Origin: Omnitrophica bacterium GWA2_41_15
GTDB lineage: Bacteria; Omnitrophota; Gorgyraeia; Ghiorseimicrobiales; Ghiorseimicrobiaceae
NCBI GenBank assembly: GCA_919902105.1
Contig: CAKKQO010000035.1
Location: forward strand, 67,547-131,546
Reading direction: 5' to 3'
Length of the DNA stretch: 64,000 nt
Shown: positions 1-7,443 of the stretch, piece after piece
Layout of the letters: every line of letters starts with the position of its first letter
Numbering within the stretch: position 1 is the stretch's first letter
Program-made: the position numbers and the translations under genes
The notes under the pieces: generated by a model
Seen by the model: only the letters and a program-made list of their open reading frames with translations
What the model was told of the DNA's origin: nothing
The model's database searches: none

Positions 1-783
1 TTGGAGATGGTGAAATTTGCCCAAGGAAAACCTGTAATTATTAAGGCCGAAAAAAAGGATTCTTTTAAGCTAAGTGCTTTAGCCTTAAGCAAAAATATCA
101 CTAAAAAAAGCAAACTCCTTATCTTGAATTCCCCATCGAACCCCGCGGGATATATTTATACAAAAAAAGAATTAGAGGCTCTCGCCGAAGTATGCGTAAA
201 AAATAAGCTCTTTGTTATCAGCGACGAGATATACGAAAAACTTATTTATGGGAATAACCGGCATGTCTCTATTGCCAGCCTAAACAAGGATATATATAGG
301 CTTACTTTTGTGGTAAACGGAGTCTCTAAGGCTTATTCCATGACCGGCTGGCGTATTGGATACCTTGCTGGAGATAAAGAGATAGTTGAGGCAACAGCGC
401 GGCTGCAAGACCACTCTACTTCTTGTCCTTCTTCTATTTCTCAGAAGGCGGCCCTCGCAGCGCTCTCATCGGGCGACGAATTTATTGATAAAATGCGTTT
501 AGAATTTGAAAGCAGGCGTAATCTAATGCTCGCTGGTTTAGATAAATTAGGGCTAGAGTATATAAAGCCCGAGGGGGCTTTTTATGTTTTTGTTGATATT
601 TCTAAAACAAAGATGCCCTCTTGGGATTTCTGCAATAAGTTTCTGGAAGAAAAATATGTGGCCGCAATCCCTGGGGGTGCCTTCGGTAATGATAATTATG
701 TGCGTTTTAGTTTTGCGACAAGCCCGGAGCAAATTGAAAAAGGCATACAAAGATTAAGGGAGTTTTTGAGCTCGCCCCGTTAG
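1..783 (+). CDS. Class I/II PLP-dependent (aspartate-type) aminotransferase, 5'-truncated by window edge
   Basis: ORF enters from the 5' edge. Motifs LNSPSNPAG, SDEIYEKLIY and NGVSKAYSMTGWRIGY (SKxxxMTGWR PLP-lysine region) fit AspC-family enzymes. The last two codons and the stop lie inside the 775-893 repeat. Confidence 0.85.
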   Translation: MEMVKFAQGKPVIIKAEKKDSFKLSALALSKNITKKSKLLILNSPSNPAGYIYTKKELEALAEVCVKNKLFVISDEIYEKLIYGNNRHVSIASLNKDIYRLTFVVNGVSKAYSMTGWRIGYLAGDKEIVEATARLQDHSTSCPSSISQKAALAALSSGDEFIDKMRLEFESRRNLMLAGLDKLGLEYIKPEGAFYVFVDISKTKMPSWDFCNKFLEEKYVAAIPGGAFGNDNYVRFSFATSPEQIEKGIQRLREFLSSPR

Positions 784-893
784 AGATAACCTCTGAACTA
801 TTTATGGCTACTAAGCAAATTATGGAAGCGCTGTTTGTTATTACGCCTCTGCCCAGATAGACGGTCGTCTCTGACGACCTATCTCTAACGGGG
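775..893 (+). repeat. 119-bp element with perfect 14-bp terminal inverted repeats (CCCCGTTAGAGATA / TATCTCTAACGGGG), copy 1; MITE-like or structured RNA element
   Basis: TIRs at 775-788 and 880-893. Internal 7-bp hairpin ggtcgtc-tct-gacgacc at 863-879. A second copy of identical length lies at 3346-3464 in inverted orientation. Confidence 0.7.
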
Positions 894-903
894 TAAAATT
901 AAC

Positions 904-2163
904 ATGGGTAAGACTATCGTTGAAAAGATATTAAGTGCGCACGCCGGCCGTGATTTAATCGCGGGCGACTTTGCTATTTGCGAGGTAGATTTTTGTTTTG
1001 GCCAGGATGGAACAAGCGCCATTATTATCGATAGGATTAAAGCGCTCGGCGTAACCAAGCTCGCTAATAAAGATAAATTCTGTATGGTTATAGACCATAG
1101 TTCTCCCAGCCCGAATACGGGGGTATCTAAAGTGCATAGTAAAATGCGCAGCTTTGCCGCGGAATTTAACTTGAAGATTTATGACATTGGCTGCGGTGTC
1201 TGCCATGAAGTAGTCCCTACTGAGGGAAATGTGTTACCCGGAGATTTGGTGCTCGGTGCAGATTCGCATACTTGCACCTATGGAGCAATAGGCGCATTAT
1301 CTTGCGGTGTTGGTTCAACAGATTTAGCTGTTAGCTTAGCCAGCGGTAAAAATTGGTTTAGGGTGCCTGAGACAATAAAAATCGAGATAAATGGAAAATT
1401 ACCCAAGGGAGTATATGCTAAAGACCTTATTCTTTATATTATCGGCGATTTAGGGGCTAATGGTGCAACTTATAAGGCAGTCGAATTTTACGGCAGCACT
1501 ATCGATAATTTATCTCTTGACGGGCGCTTTACAATGAGTAATATGGTAGTAGAGATGGGGGCGAAATGCGCTTTCTTTCCAGTGGATAAAAAAGTCCTTG
1601 AGTGGGTAAAGGCACGGCGCATAAATCGTAAAGCAAAAGTTTATAAGGCGGATTCCGATGTAAAATATTGCTTAGTGAAAAAATATGATGCAGAAAAAGT
1701 TACTCCGCAGGTTGCCAGGCCCCATACAGTAGATAATGTGGTTAGCTTAAAAGAAGTAAAGGGGAAACGGATCGACGAAGCATTTTTAGGGACTTGCACT
1801 AACGGAAGGTTAGATGACTTAAAAGTTGCGGCTAAAATATTAAAAGGGAGAAAGATAAATCCCGGAGTTAAGTTTATAGTTGCGCCTGCTTCGCGCCGGA
1901 TTTATTTAGAAGCATTAAAATTAGGCTTAATTGATATTTTTATAAAAGCAGAGGCAGTAGTAATTAGCCCGGGCTGCGGGCCGTGTGTAGGCACGCATAT
2001 GGGGATACCATCCGATAAAGAAGTAGTAATATCCACGGCAAATAGAAATTTTAAAGGCAGGATGGGTAATCCTGAGTCGGAAATTTATCTTGCTTCTCCG
2101 GCTACTGTTTGCGCTTCAGCCGTAACCGGTAAAATAACCGATCCGAGGGGATTTTTAAAATGA
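904..2163 (+). CDS. leuC: 3-isopropylmalate / homoaconitate-type dehydratase large subunit (aconitase family, short ~420-aa type)
   Basis: 419 aa. Aconitase-family motifs GADSHTCTYGA, GTCTNGR and SPGCGPCVG (Fe-S cysteines). The matching small subunit is at 3469-3969. Confidence 0.85.
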   Translation: MGKTIVEKILSAHAGRDLIAGDFAICEVDFCFGQDGTSAIIIDRIKALGVTKLANKDKFCMVIDHSSPSPNTGVSKVHSKMRSFAAEFNLKIYDIGCGVCHEVVPTEGNVLPGDLVLGADSHTCTYGAIGALSCGVGSTDLAVSLASGKNWFRVPETIKIEINGKLPKGVYAKDLILYIIGDLGANGATYKAVEFYGSTIDNLSLDGRFTMSNMVVEMGAKCAFFPVDKKVLEWVKARRINRKAKVYKADSDVKYCLVKKYDAEKVTPQVARPHTVDNVVSLKEVKGKRIDEAFLGTCTNGRLDDLKVAAKILKGRKINPGVKFIVAPASRRIYLEALKLGLIDIFIKAEAVVISPGCGPCVGTHMGIPSDKEVVISTANRNFKGRMGNPESEIYLASPATVCASAVTGKITDPRGFLK

Positions 2164-2168
2164 GTTTG

Positions 2169-2287
2169 TCCCGCCTCGTAAAATGTGTGAAAATTCTATC
2201 CTACAATTTTCACACACTCGGCGGGATCAATTCCGACATATAATTTACGTAAAACTTGTTTACGTAAATTATGTCGTCATTGAGGAG
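2169..2287 (+). repeat. Bipartite hairpin cassette: hairpin1 - ATCAATTC - hairpin2 - TCATTGAGGAG, then 8 nt and ATG; copy 1
   Basis: Hairpin 1 spans 2169-2226 (tcccgcc/ggcggga plus gtgtgaaaatt/aattttcacac). Hairpin 2 spans 2234-2277 (cgacatataatttacgtaaa/tttacgtaaattatgtcg). The conserved linkers and Shine-Dalgarno spacing recur at 12890-13006. Confidence 0.55.
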
Positions 2288-2295
2288 AAATAAAA

Positions 2296-3345
2296 ATGTT
2301 AGATTTAAGGACTTTACTTATGGTTACCATAGATAGGAAAGCCTCGGATTTACACATTACCGAGGGTGCTTCTCCGATATTGCGTATTTACGGAAGATTA
2401 GTCCATACCGACTTTCCGAAATTGACCAAAGAGGATACCAAAAAATTAATTTATAGCATGCTCACAGAAGCGCAGAAAGAGGCATTTGAGAAAGATTTAG
2501 AGTTAGACCTTTCGCTTGCCCTTCCCGGGCTTGACCGTTTCCGGGTAAATGTGCATATCCAGCGGGGTGCGGTGGAAGCAGCATTTCGCAGGATTCCGCT
2601 GCTTATCCCTACCGTCGATGAATTAGGCCTGCCGCAAATAGTATTGGAATTATCCAGAAAACCTAATGGCTTAGTTTTAGTAACCGGCCCTACGGGCGTA
2701 GGAAAGACTACTACGCTGGCAGCCATGGTAAATTTAATTAATTCTGAGCGGGAAAATATAATTATCTGCATTGAGGACCCGATAGAATTCTTACATTACA
2801 ACAAAAAGAGTATTGTTAAACAGCGTGAGGTTTTTTCTGATACAAAATCTTTTGCTGAAGCTTTACGCCATGCTTTAAGGCAGGATCCTAATGTGATTGT
2901 GGTCGGTGAGATGCGCGATTTAGAGACTATCTCTACGGCTTTGACGGCTGCAGAAACCGGGCATTTAGTTTTGGCAACCTTGCACACTCCCGATGCCCCT
3001 CAGACAGTACAAAGAATTATTGATGTTTTTCCTCCGCATCAGCAACAGCAGGTGCGCCTGCAGTTATCCGACTGCCTGCAGGGAGTTGTATCGCAGCTAC
3101 TTTTGTCTCGCGCCACAGGGGAAGGCAGGGTTTTAGCAACGGAGGTGATGATCGGAACAAGCGGCATTAAAAATTTAATTCGTGAGCAAGAAGTAGAACA
3201 AATTCCGACCTTAATCCAGACAGGCGCGCAATATGGCATGAGGACGATGGATAAGTCTTTAAAAGAGATGTATAAGGCAGGGATTATCTCCTATGATACA
3301 GCGTTATCCAGGGTAAAAAACCCGCAAGATTTCAGGAATCTCTAG
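2296..3345 (+). CDS. pilT: Type IV pilus retraction (twitching motility) ATPase PilT
   Basis: 349 aa. Walker A GPTGVGKTTT, Walker B/Asp-box IVVGEMRD, His-box LVLATLHT; length and N-terminus are typical of PilT. Confidence 0.9.
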   Translation: MLDLRTLLMVTIDRKASDLHITEGASPILRIYGRLVHTDFPKLTKEDTKKLIYSMLTEAQKEAFEKDLELDLSLALPGLDRFRVNVHIQRGAVEAAFRRIPLLIPTVDELGLPQIVLELSRKPNGLVLVTGPTGVGKTTTLAAMVNLINSERENIIICIEDPIEFLHYNKKSIVKQREVFSDTKSFAEALRHALRQDPNVIVVGEMRDLETISTALTAAETGHLVLATLHTPDAPQTVQRIIDVFPPHQQQQVRLQLSDCLQGVVSQLLLSRATGEGRVLATEVMIGTSGIKNLIREQEVEQIPTLIQTGAQYGMRTMDKSLKEMYKAGIISYDTALSRVKNPQDFRNL

Positions 3346-3464
3346 CCCCGTTAGAGATAGGCCATCATAGATGGCCGTCTATTACGGGATAGGTAATAAC
3401 AAAACAATATCTTCCATAAGTAAGCAGTTAGTTTTAAGTAGTAGATAAGTTATCTCTAACGGGG
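3346..3464 (-). repeat. 119-bp TIR-bounded element, copy 2 (inverted relative to copy 1)
   Basis: Same 14-bp TIRs at 3346-3359 and 3451-3464. The interior aligns to the reverse complement of copy 1 (shared gtctat, aataacaaa, cttccataa blocks). Hairpin ggccatc-ata-gatggcc at 3360-3376 carries two compensatory base-pair changes versus copy 1. Confidence 0.7.
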
Positions 3465-3468
3465 TAAA

Positions 3469-3969
3469 ATGAATATTAAAGGCACTGCAATAAAGTTAGG
3501 TAATGATATAAATACTGACCTGATCATTTCCGGCAGGTATAAATTTTCCATAACCGATATAAAGGAACTTTCCAAGCATATCTTCGAGGATCTAGATGTT
3601 GGTTTTGCCGCAAAGATAACTCCGGGCGAATCTATTATTGTGGCGGGTGAAAATTTCGGCATGGGCTCATCGCGGGAACAGGCGCCTTTAGCGATAAAAG
3701 AGGCGGGGATAAAGGCTATAGTCGCGAAAAGTTTTGCTCGTATTTTTTACCGTAATGCCTTTAATATTGGTTTTCCTCTCATCGAAGCAGACACTGACAA
3801 GATATCCGAATACGAAAGAATAGAGATAGATTTAGAGGCAGGCTTCATTAAGAATGAAGCCAACGGCTCTAAAATACAAACAAAGCCCATACCAAGCGTA
3901 CTTAAGACGCTGCTCGCTGACGGCGGCTTGGTGAATCATTTTAAAAAAAATCAGGGATTAAAACTGTAG
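3469..3969 (+). CDS. leuD: 3-isopropylmalate / homoaconitate-type dehydratase small subunit
   Basis: 166 aa. Swivel-domain motifs GENFGMGSSREQAP and FARIFYRNAFNIG. Partner of the 904-2163 large subunit. Confidence 0.85.
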   Translation: MNIKGTAIKLGNDINTDLIISGRYKFSITDIKELSKHIFEDLDVGFAAKITPGESIIVAGENFGMGSSREQAPLAIKEAGIKAIVAKSFARIFYRNAFNIGFPLIEADTDKISEYERIEIDLEAGFIKNEANGSKIQTKPIPSVLKTLLADGGLVNHFKKNQGLKL

Positions 3970-3977
3970 GCCAGTAG

Positions 3978-4015
3978 ATTCTTTCTTAGCAGTAAAAAGA
4001 AAGAATTTATTTTTG
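3978..4015 (+). terminator. Candidate rho-independent terminator after leuD (AT-rich stem)
   Basis: attctttctt (3978-3987) pairs with aagaaagaat (3997-4006), followed by ttatttttg. Confidence 0.5.
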
Positions 4016-4021
4016 CCTATA

Positions 4022-4053
4022 TTGTTAACTTAATTGATTTATGAAGTTGACAA
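4022..4053. promoter_or_regulatory. Candidate BirA operator (bioO-like inverted repeat) upstream of the biotin operon
   Basis: TTGTTAAC-N16-GTTGACAA resembles the E. coli bioO half sites TTGTAAAC...GTTTACAA. It lies upstream of bioB. Confidence 0.45.
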
Positions 4054-4072
4054 TACTAAACTAATAGGGTCA

Positions 4073-4251
4073 TTCGTAATTATTGTGGGATTATTTGAAA
4101 ATGAGTTATGAAAAATAGTCCAGATTTTATACGAAAGAACCTAAAACTTTGCAGTCATCTGCCAAAAAATTTCTAATTGTGTGCGAACAATGCTTTCATC
4201 TATCTTGTAGTTTATCAACTACTTACCTAAATAATCTACAATAATTACGAA
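4073..4251. repeat. ~180-bp segment bounded by a 14-bp perfect inverted repeat (TTCGTAATTATTGT / ACAATAATTACGAA) in the bioB leader
   Basis: Inverted repeats at 4073-4086 and 4238-4251, extendable to ~22 bp with mismatches. The TACGAAAG motif is shared with the ends of the 6541-6737 element. Confidence 0.4.
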
Positions 4252-4264
4252 AGAATCAAAGAAT

Positions 4265-5260
4265 ATGAACGATAAATTTTTATCACACATAGAGAAGAAG
4301 GTATTGCGAGGTGAAGAGATTACTTTTTCCGAAGCAGAGGAGCTATATCGTATCGATGACAATAACATTATGCCTATTTTATCCAGTGCCTCAGCCATTA
4401 CCAGAAAATATAGGAAGGATATCGTAAATTTATGCGCTATTACGGCTGCCCGTTCGGGGCTATGCCCTGAAGATTGCGCTTTCTGTGCTCAGTCCATGCG
4501 TCATCATACCGGACTTAGCGTATATCCGCTTATCTCTGAAGGAGAAATGTTAAAAAAAGCAGAGGAGGCGCAAAAATATTCGGCTAACCGATTTTGTATT
4601 GTTACCAGCGGAAGAAGCGTAAATGAAAAAGAGTTGGAAGTAATCACCCGCGCAATCAAAAAAATTAAAAATAAATTTCCAAATCTTAAAGTAGATGCTT
4701 CATTAGGGATATTAAAAGCACCAGAGATAGAAAAACTAAAAGCAGCTGGTTTAGACCGCTATAACCATAATTTAGAAACTGCCGAGAGTTACTTCCCTAG
4801 GATATGCACTACGCATACCTATGCCGAAAGGATGTCGACCATAAAACTGATTAAAAAAGCGGGCATTGAAATCTGCTGCGGCGGCATCATCGGCTTAGGT
4901 GAGAGTAACGCGCAAAGGATAGAACTTGCCTTTACCTTAGCCGAATTAGATATCGACAGCCTGCCTTTAAATTTCTTAAATCCTGTTCCTGGAACCTCCC
5001 TTAAAGATATTCATCCGCCCTCTCCGTTTAATATCCTTAAAACTATTGCGCTCTTTCGTTTCATCATCCCTAAAAAAGAAATAAGAATTTGCGCTGGTCG
5101 GCAGGTTAACTTAAGGAGCATACAGCCGTTTATTTTTATGGCTGGCGCTGATGCAATTATCATCGGAAATTACCTGACTACTAAAGGAAGCGAGCCCCAA
5201 GACGACCTAAAGATGCTCGACGATTTAGGGCTAAGTAGAATAAGGGGACACTCCTTGTAA
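4265..5260 (+). CDS. bioB: Biotin synthase (radical SAM)
   Basis: 331 aa. CPEDCAFCAQS radical SAM motif and overall BioB-like sequence; first gene of the bio cluster. Confidence 0.95.
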   Translation: MNDKFLSHIEKKVLRGEEITFSEAEELYRIDDNNIMPILSSASAITRKYRKDIVNLCAITAARSGLCPEDCAFCAQSMRHHTGLSVYPLISEGEMLKKAEEAQKYSANRFCIVTSGRSVNEKELEVITRAIKKIKNKFPNLKVDASLGILKAPEIEKLKAAGLDRYNHNLETAESYFPRICTTHTYAERMSTIKLIKKAGIEICCGGIIGLGESNAQRIELAFTLAELDIDSLPLNFLNPVPGTSLKDIHPPSPFNILKTIALFRFIIPKKEIRICAGRQVNLRSIQPFIFMAGADAIIIGNYLTTKGSEPQDDLKMLDDLGLSRIRGHSL

Positions 5261-5353
5261 CTATTTGTTGCACAAATAGTTATGAATAGTTTATGCTGAT
5301 TAAATTCAGCCTTAAAAATAATTGGTTCTTAACATATTGAAAATAGAGGTGTT

Positions 5354-6535
5354 ATGAAGAGTGTCCCCCTTGAAGATATTAGCGAAGAACTTGCCGGCCT
5401 AAAAGCGCAAAATCTTCTTCGAAGCCTTAAAATCGTTGATGGTCCTCAAGAATCTCACATCTCTTTAGGCGGCAGGCGCCTCGTAAACCTTTCTTCTAAT
5501 AATTATCTCGGCCTATCTAACGATAAGCGCCTGAAGAATGCCGCTATCTCCGCGATAAAGAAATACGGTTTAGGCGCGGGCGCTTCCCGCTTAATCTGCG
5601 GCAATATGCTGCTGCATAAAAAACTTGAAGATAGAATTGCCGCGTTTAAAAAGACAGAGGCGGCCTTATTGTTTAACAGCGGTTATTGCGCTAACTTAGC
5701 CGTTCTTTCCAGCCTCTGCGGTAGAGATGATGTTGTTTTTTCAGATAAGTTAAATCATGCCTCAATCATAGATGCGATTATCCTTTCCCGAGCAGAATTC
5801 AGACGTTATCCGCATAAAGATATCAAAAACCTCGAATCGTTGCTTAAAAACTCTAATGGTTTCAGAAGGCGTTTGATTGTTACCGATAGTGTCTTTAGTA
5901 TGGACGGTGATTTAGCCCCACTGCCCGAATTGACTTATCTGGCTAAAAAATACAATTGTTTATTATATATCGATGAAGCGCATGCAACCGGCATATTAGG
6001 TAAAACAGGCAAAGGAGCCTTAGAATATTTTGGCATAGAAGATGAGGCTATTATTCAAATGGGGACCTTAAGCAAGGCAGTAGGCGCCTTTGGCGCCTAT
6101 GTCTGCGGCGCAAAAATATTGATTGATTATCTGATAAATAAGGCAAGGCCGTTTATCTATACCACAGCGCTTCCTGTTTCTGTTTGCGCCGGCGCAATTG
6201 CCGCTCTGGATATAATTGAAAGTGACGGCTTATTGCGCAGTGGTCTTTCCGAAAATATAAAATTTTTCCGGCAGGCTTTAAGGTCGTTAGGTTTTAAGAA
6301 CTCTCTCGATCCTACCCCGGTTATTCCTTTATTAATTGGAGATGCCGTAAAGACAATGGAATTCAGCAGGCGGTTATTCTCTAAGGGCGTGTTTGTGCAG
6401 GGGATAAGGCCGCCGACAGTTCCTGCGGGCACATCGCGCCTGCGTATAACTCTAATGGCGACACATAAGAAAAAAGATTTAGAGTTTGCTTTAGATAAGA
6501 TTGCAGAAATAGGAAGGCAACTAGGGATTATCTGA
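5354..6535 (+). CDS. bioF: 8-amino-7-oxononanoate synthase
   Basis: 393 aa. Alpha-oxoamine synthase motifs SNNYLGL, DSVFSMDGD, DEAHATG and GTLSKA (PLP lysine); bio operon context. Confidence 0.9.
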   Translation: MKSVPLEDISEELAGLKAQNLLRSLKIVDGPQESHISLGGRRLVNLSSNNYLGLSNDKRLKNAAISAIKKYGLGAGASRLICGNMLLHKKLEDRIAAFKKTEAALLFNSGYCANLAVLSSLCGRDDVVFSDKLNHASIIDAIILSRAEFRRYPHKDIKNLESLLKNSNGFRRRLIVTDSVFSMDGDLAPLPELTYLAKKYNCLLYIDEAHATGILGKTGKGALEYFGIEDEAIIQMGTLSKAVGAFGAYVCGAKILIDYLINKARPFIYTTALPVSVCAGAIAALDIIESDGLLRSGLSENIKFFRQALRSLGFKNSLDPTPVIPLLIGDAVKTMEFSRRLFSKGVFVQGIRPPTVPAGTSRLRITLMATHKKKDLEFALDKIAEIGRQLGII

Positions 6536-6540
6536 ATATG

Positions 6541-6737
6541 AACTTTCGTATTTTTTCGCTCAAAATTGCAATTCTTCACGCAGCTTCTCGGTATTTTAAG
6601 GCGCCTGCGGAACTCGTCCGCCACTTAATCAATGGCGGACTCGAACAGTCCTCGGCGTCCCGCTCTTTGAGCGGGAGACCTTAAAATACCTACGACTCCT
6701 GACTAAATTGCAAATTCGCTCAAATAATACGAAAGTC
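6541..6737. repeat. ~197-bp nested inverted-repeat element with a GC-richer hairpin core; MITE-like or structured RNA
   Basis: Outer IR aactttcgtatt (6541-6552) / aatacgaaagt (6727-6737). Inner 12-bp IR ggtattttaagg / ccttaaaatacc. Core hairpins gtccgcca-N9-tggcggac and tcccgctc-tttg-agcggga. Confidence 0.5.
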
Positions 6738-6762
6738 CATATTTATCAAATAGAAAAGAGAT

Positions 6763-7443
6763 ATGATTAAAAACATAGTTTTTCTTCCGGGCTGGAGTTT
6801 TAGCGCAGGAATTTGGGAGCGTCAGAAAGATTATTTTTCGCGCTTAGGGTTTAATATAATTTTATGCCAGTTAGAGGACCTAGGGGAATGCCTTAAAGCC
6901 ATTGAGTTAGAGGAAACCATATTTATTGCCTGGTCTTTGGGTTGGTTTAGATTATTAGATATTTTAAAAGACAAGAAATCTCTGCCGCAGGCGATAGTAG
7001 GCATATCAGCCGCAATAAAATTTAAAAATTCCCTAATTCGCCTTATTATTCAAAGTTTTAAGAAAAATCATAAAAAATTATTAACTGATTTTGATTCGTG
7101 GCTATTTAGCGAAAGAGAGAATAAATCGGCCAATTTTAATAAGTGGAATGAGTTAATTTTACGTTATAAAATTAAAGCTAGGGATAGTTTGCTCGAGGAT
7201 TTATTGTTCCTGGAAAATATTGATTTAACGCCGTATTTGCATAGATTTAATACTCCTATTTTATTCATCGCAGGCAAAGAAGATATAATTTGCCCTCTGG
7301 ATGAAAGCGTTAAGTTATCTAATGCTCTCTCTAAGAGCAAAATAGAGATAATGGATACGGGCCATATCCCATTTTTAACCAAGTCAGGCGAATTTAATAA
7401 AATAGTAGAGAGATATATCAGGAAAGTCAGCGATGATTCCTAA
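6763..7443 (+). CDS. Alpha/beta hydrolase, probable pimeloyl-ACP methyl ester esterase (BioH-like)
   Basis: 226 aa. Nucleophile-elbow-like AWSLGW, plus a later Asp (CPLDE) and His (DTGHIPF). Sits between bioF and bioC, as bioH does in many bio operons. Confidence 0.6.
   Translation: MIKNIVFLPGWSFSAGIWERQKDYFSRLGFNIILCQLEDLGECLKAIELEETIFIAWSLGWFRLLDILKDKKSLPQAIVGISAAIKFKNSLIRLIIQSFKKNHKKLLTDFDSWLFSERENKSANFNKWNELILRYKIKARDSLLEDLLFLENIDLTPYLHRFNTPILFIAGKEDIICPLDESVKLSNALSKSKIEIMDTGHIPFLTKSGEFNKIVERYIRKVSDDS

Noticed and set aside
2451-3239. Several 60-106-aa minus-strand ORFs within pilT
   Set aside because: They are antisense to a full-length PilT gene with intact Walker A and B motifs, and none has recognisable features.
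4047-4052. TTGACA hexamer as a -35 box for bioB
   Set aside because: No acceptable -10 hexamer lies 16-18 nt downstream (TCATTC at the 17-nt position). The hexamer is kept only as part of the candidate BirA palindrome.
6157-6624. 155-aa minus-strand ORF overlapping the 3' end of bioF and the intergenic element
   Set aside because: It is antisense to bioF, which has strong motif support. It has no recognisable domain and owes its extension to the structured intergenic repeat.
6625-6665. tRNA-like fragment on the minus strand (GGACTGTTCGAGTCCGCCA resembles a T-arm plus CCA end)
   Set aside because: I could not build an acceptor stem, D-arm or anticodon arm around it. The T-stem is only 4 bp and the sequence is better explained as part of the hairpin core of the 6541-6737 element.
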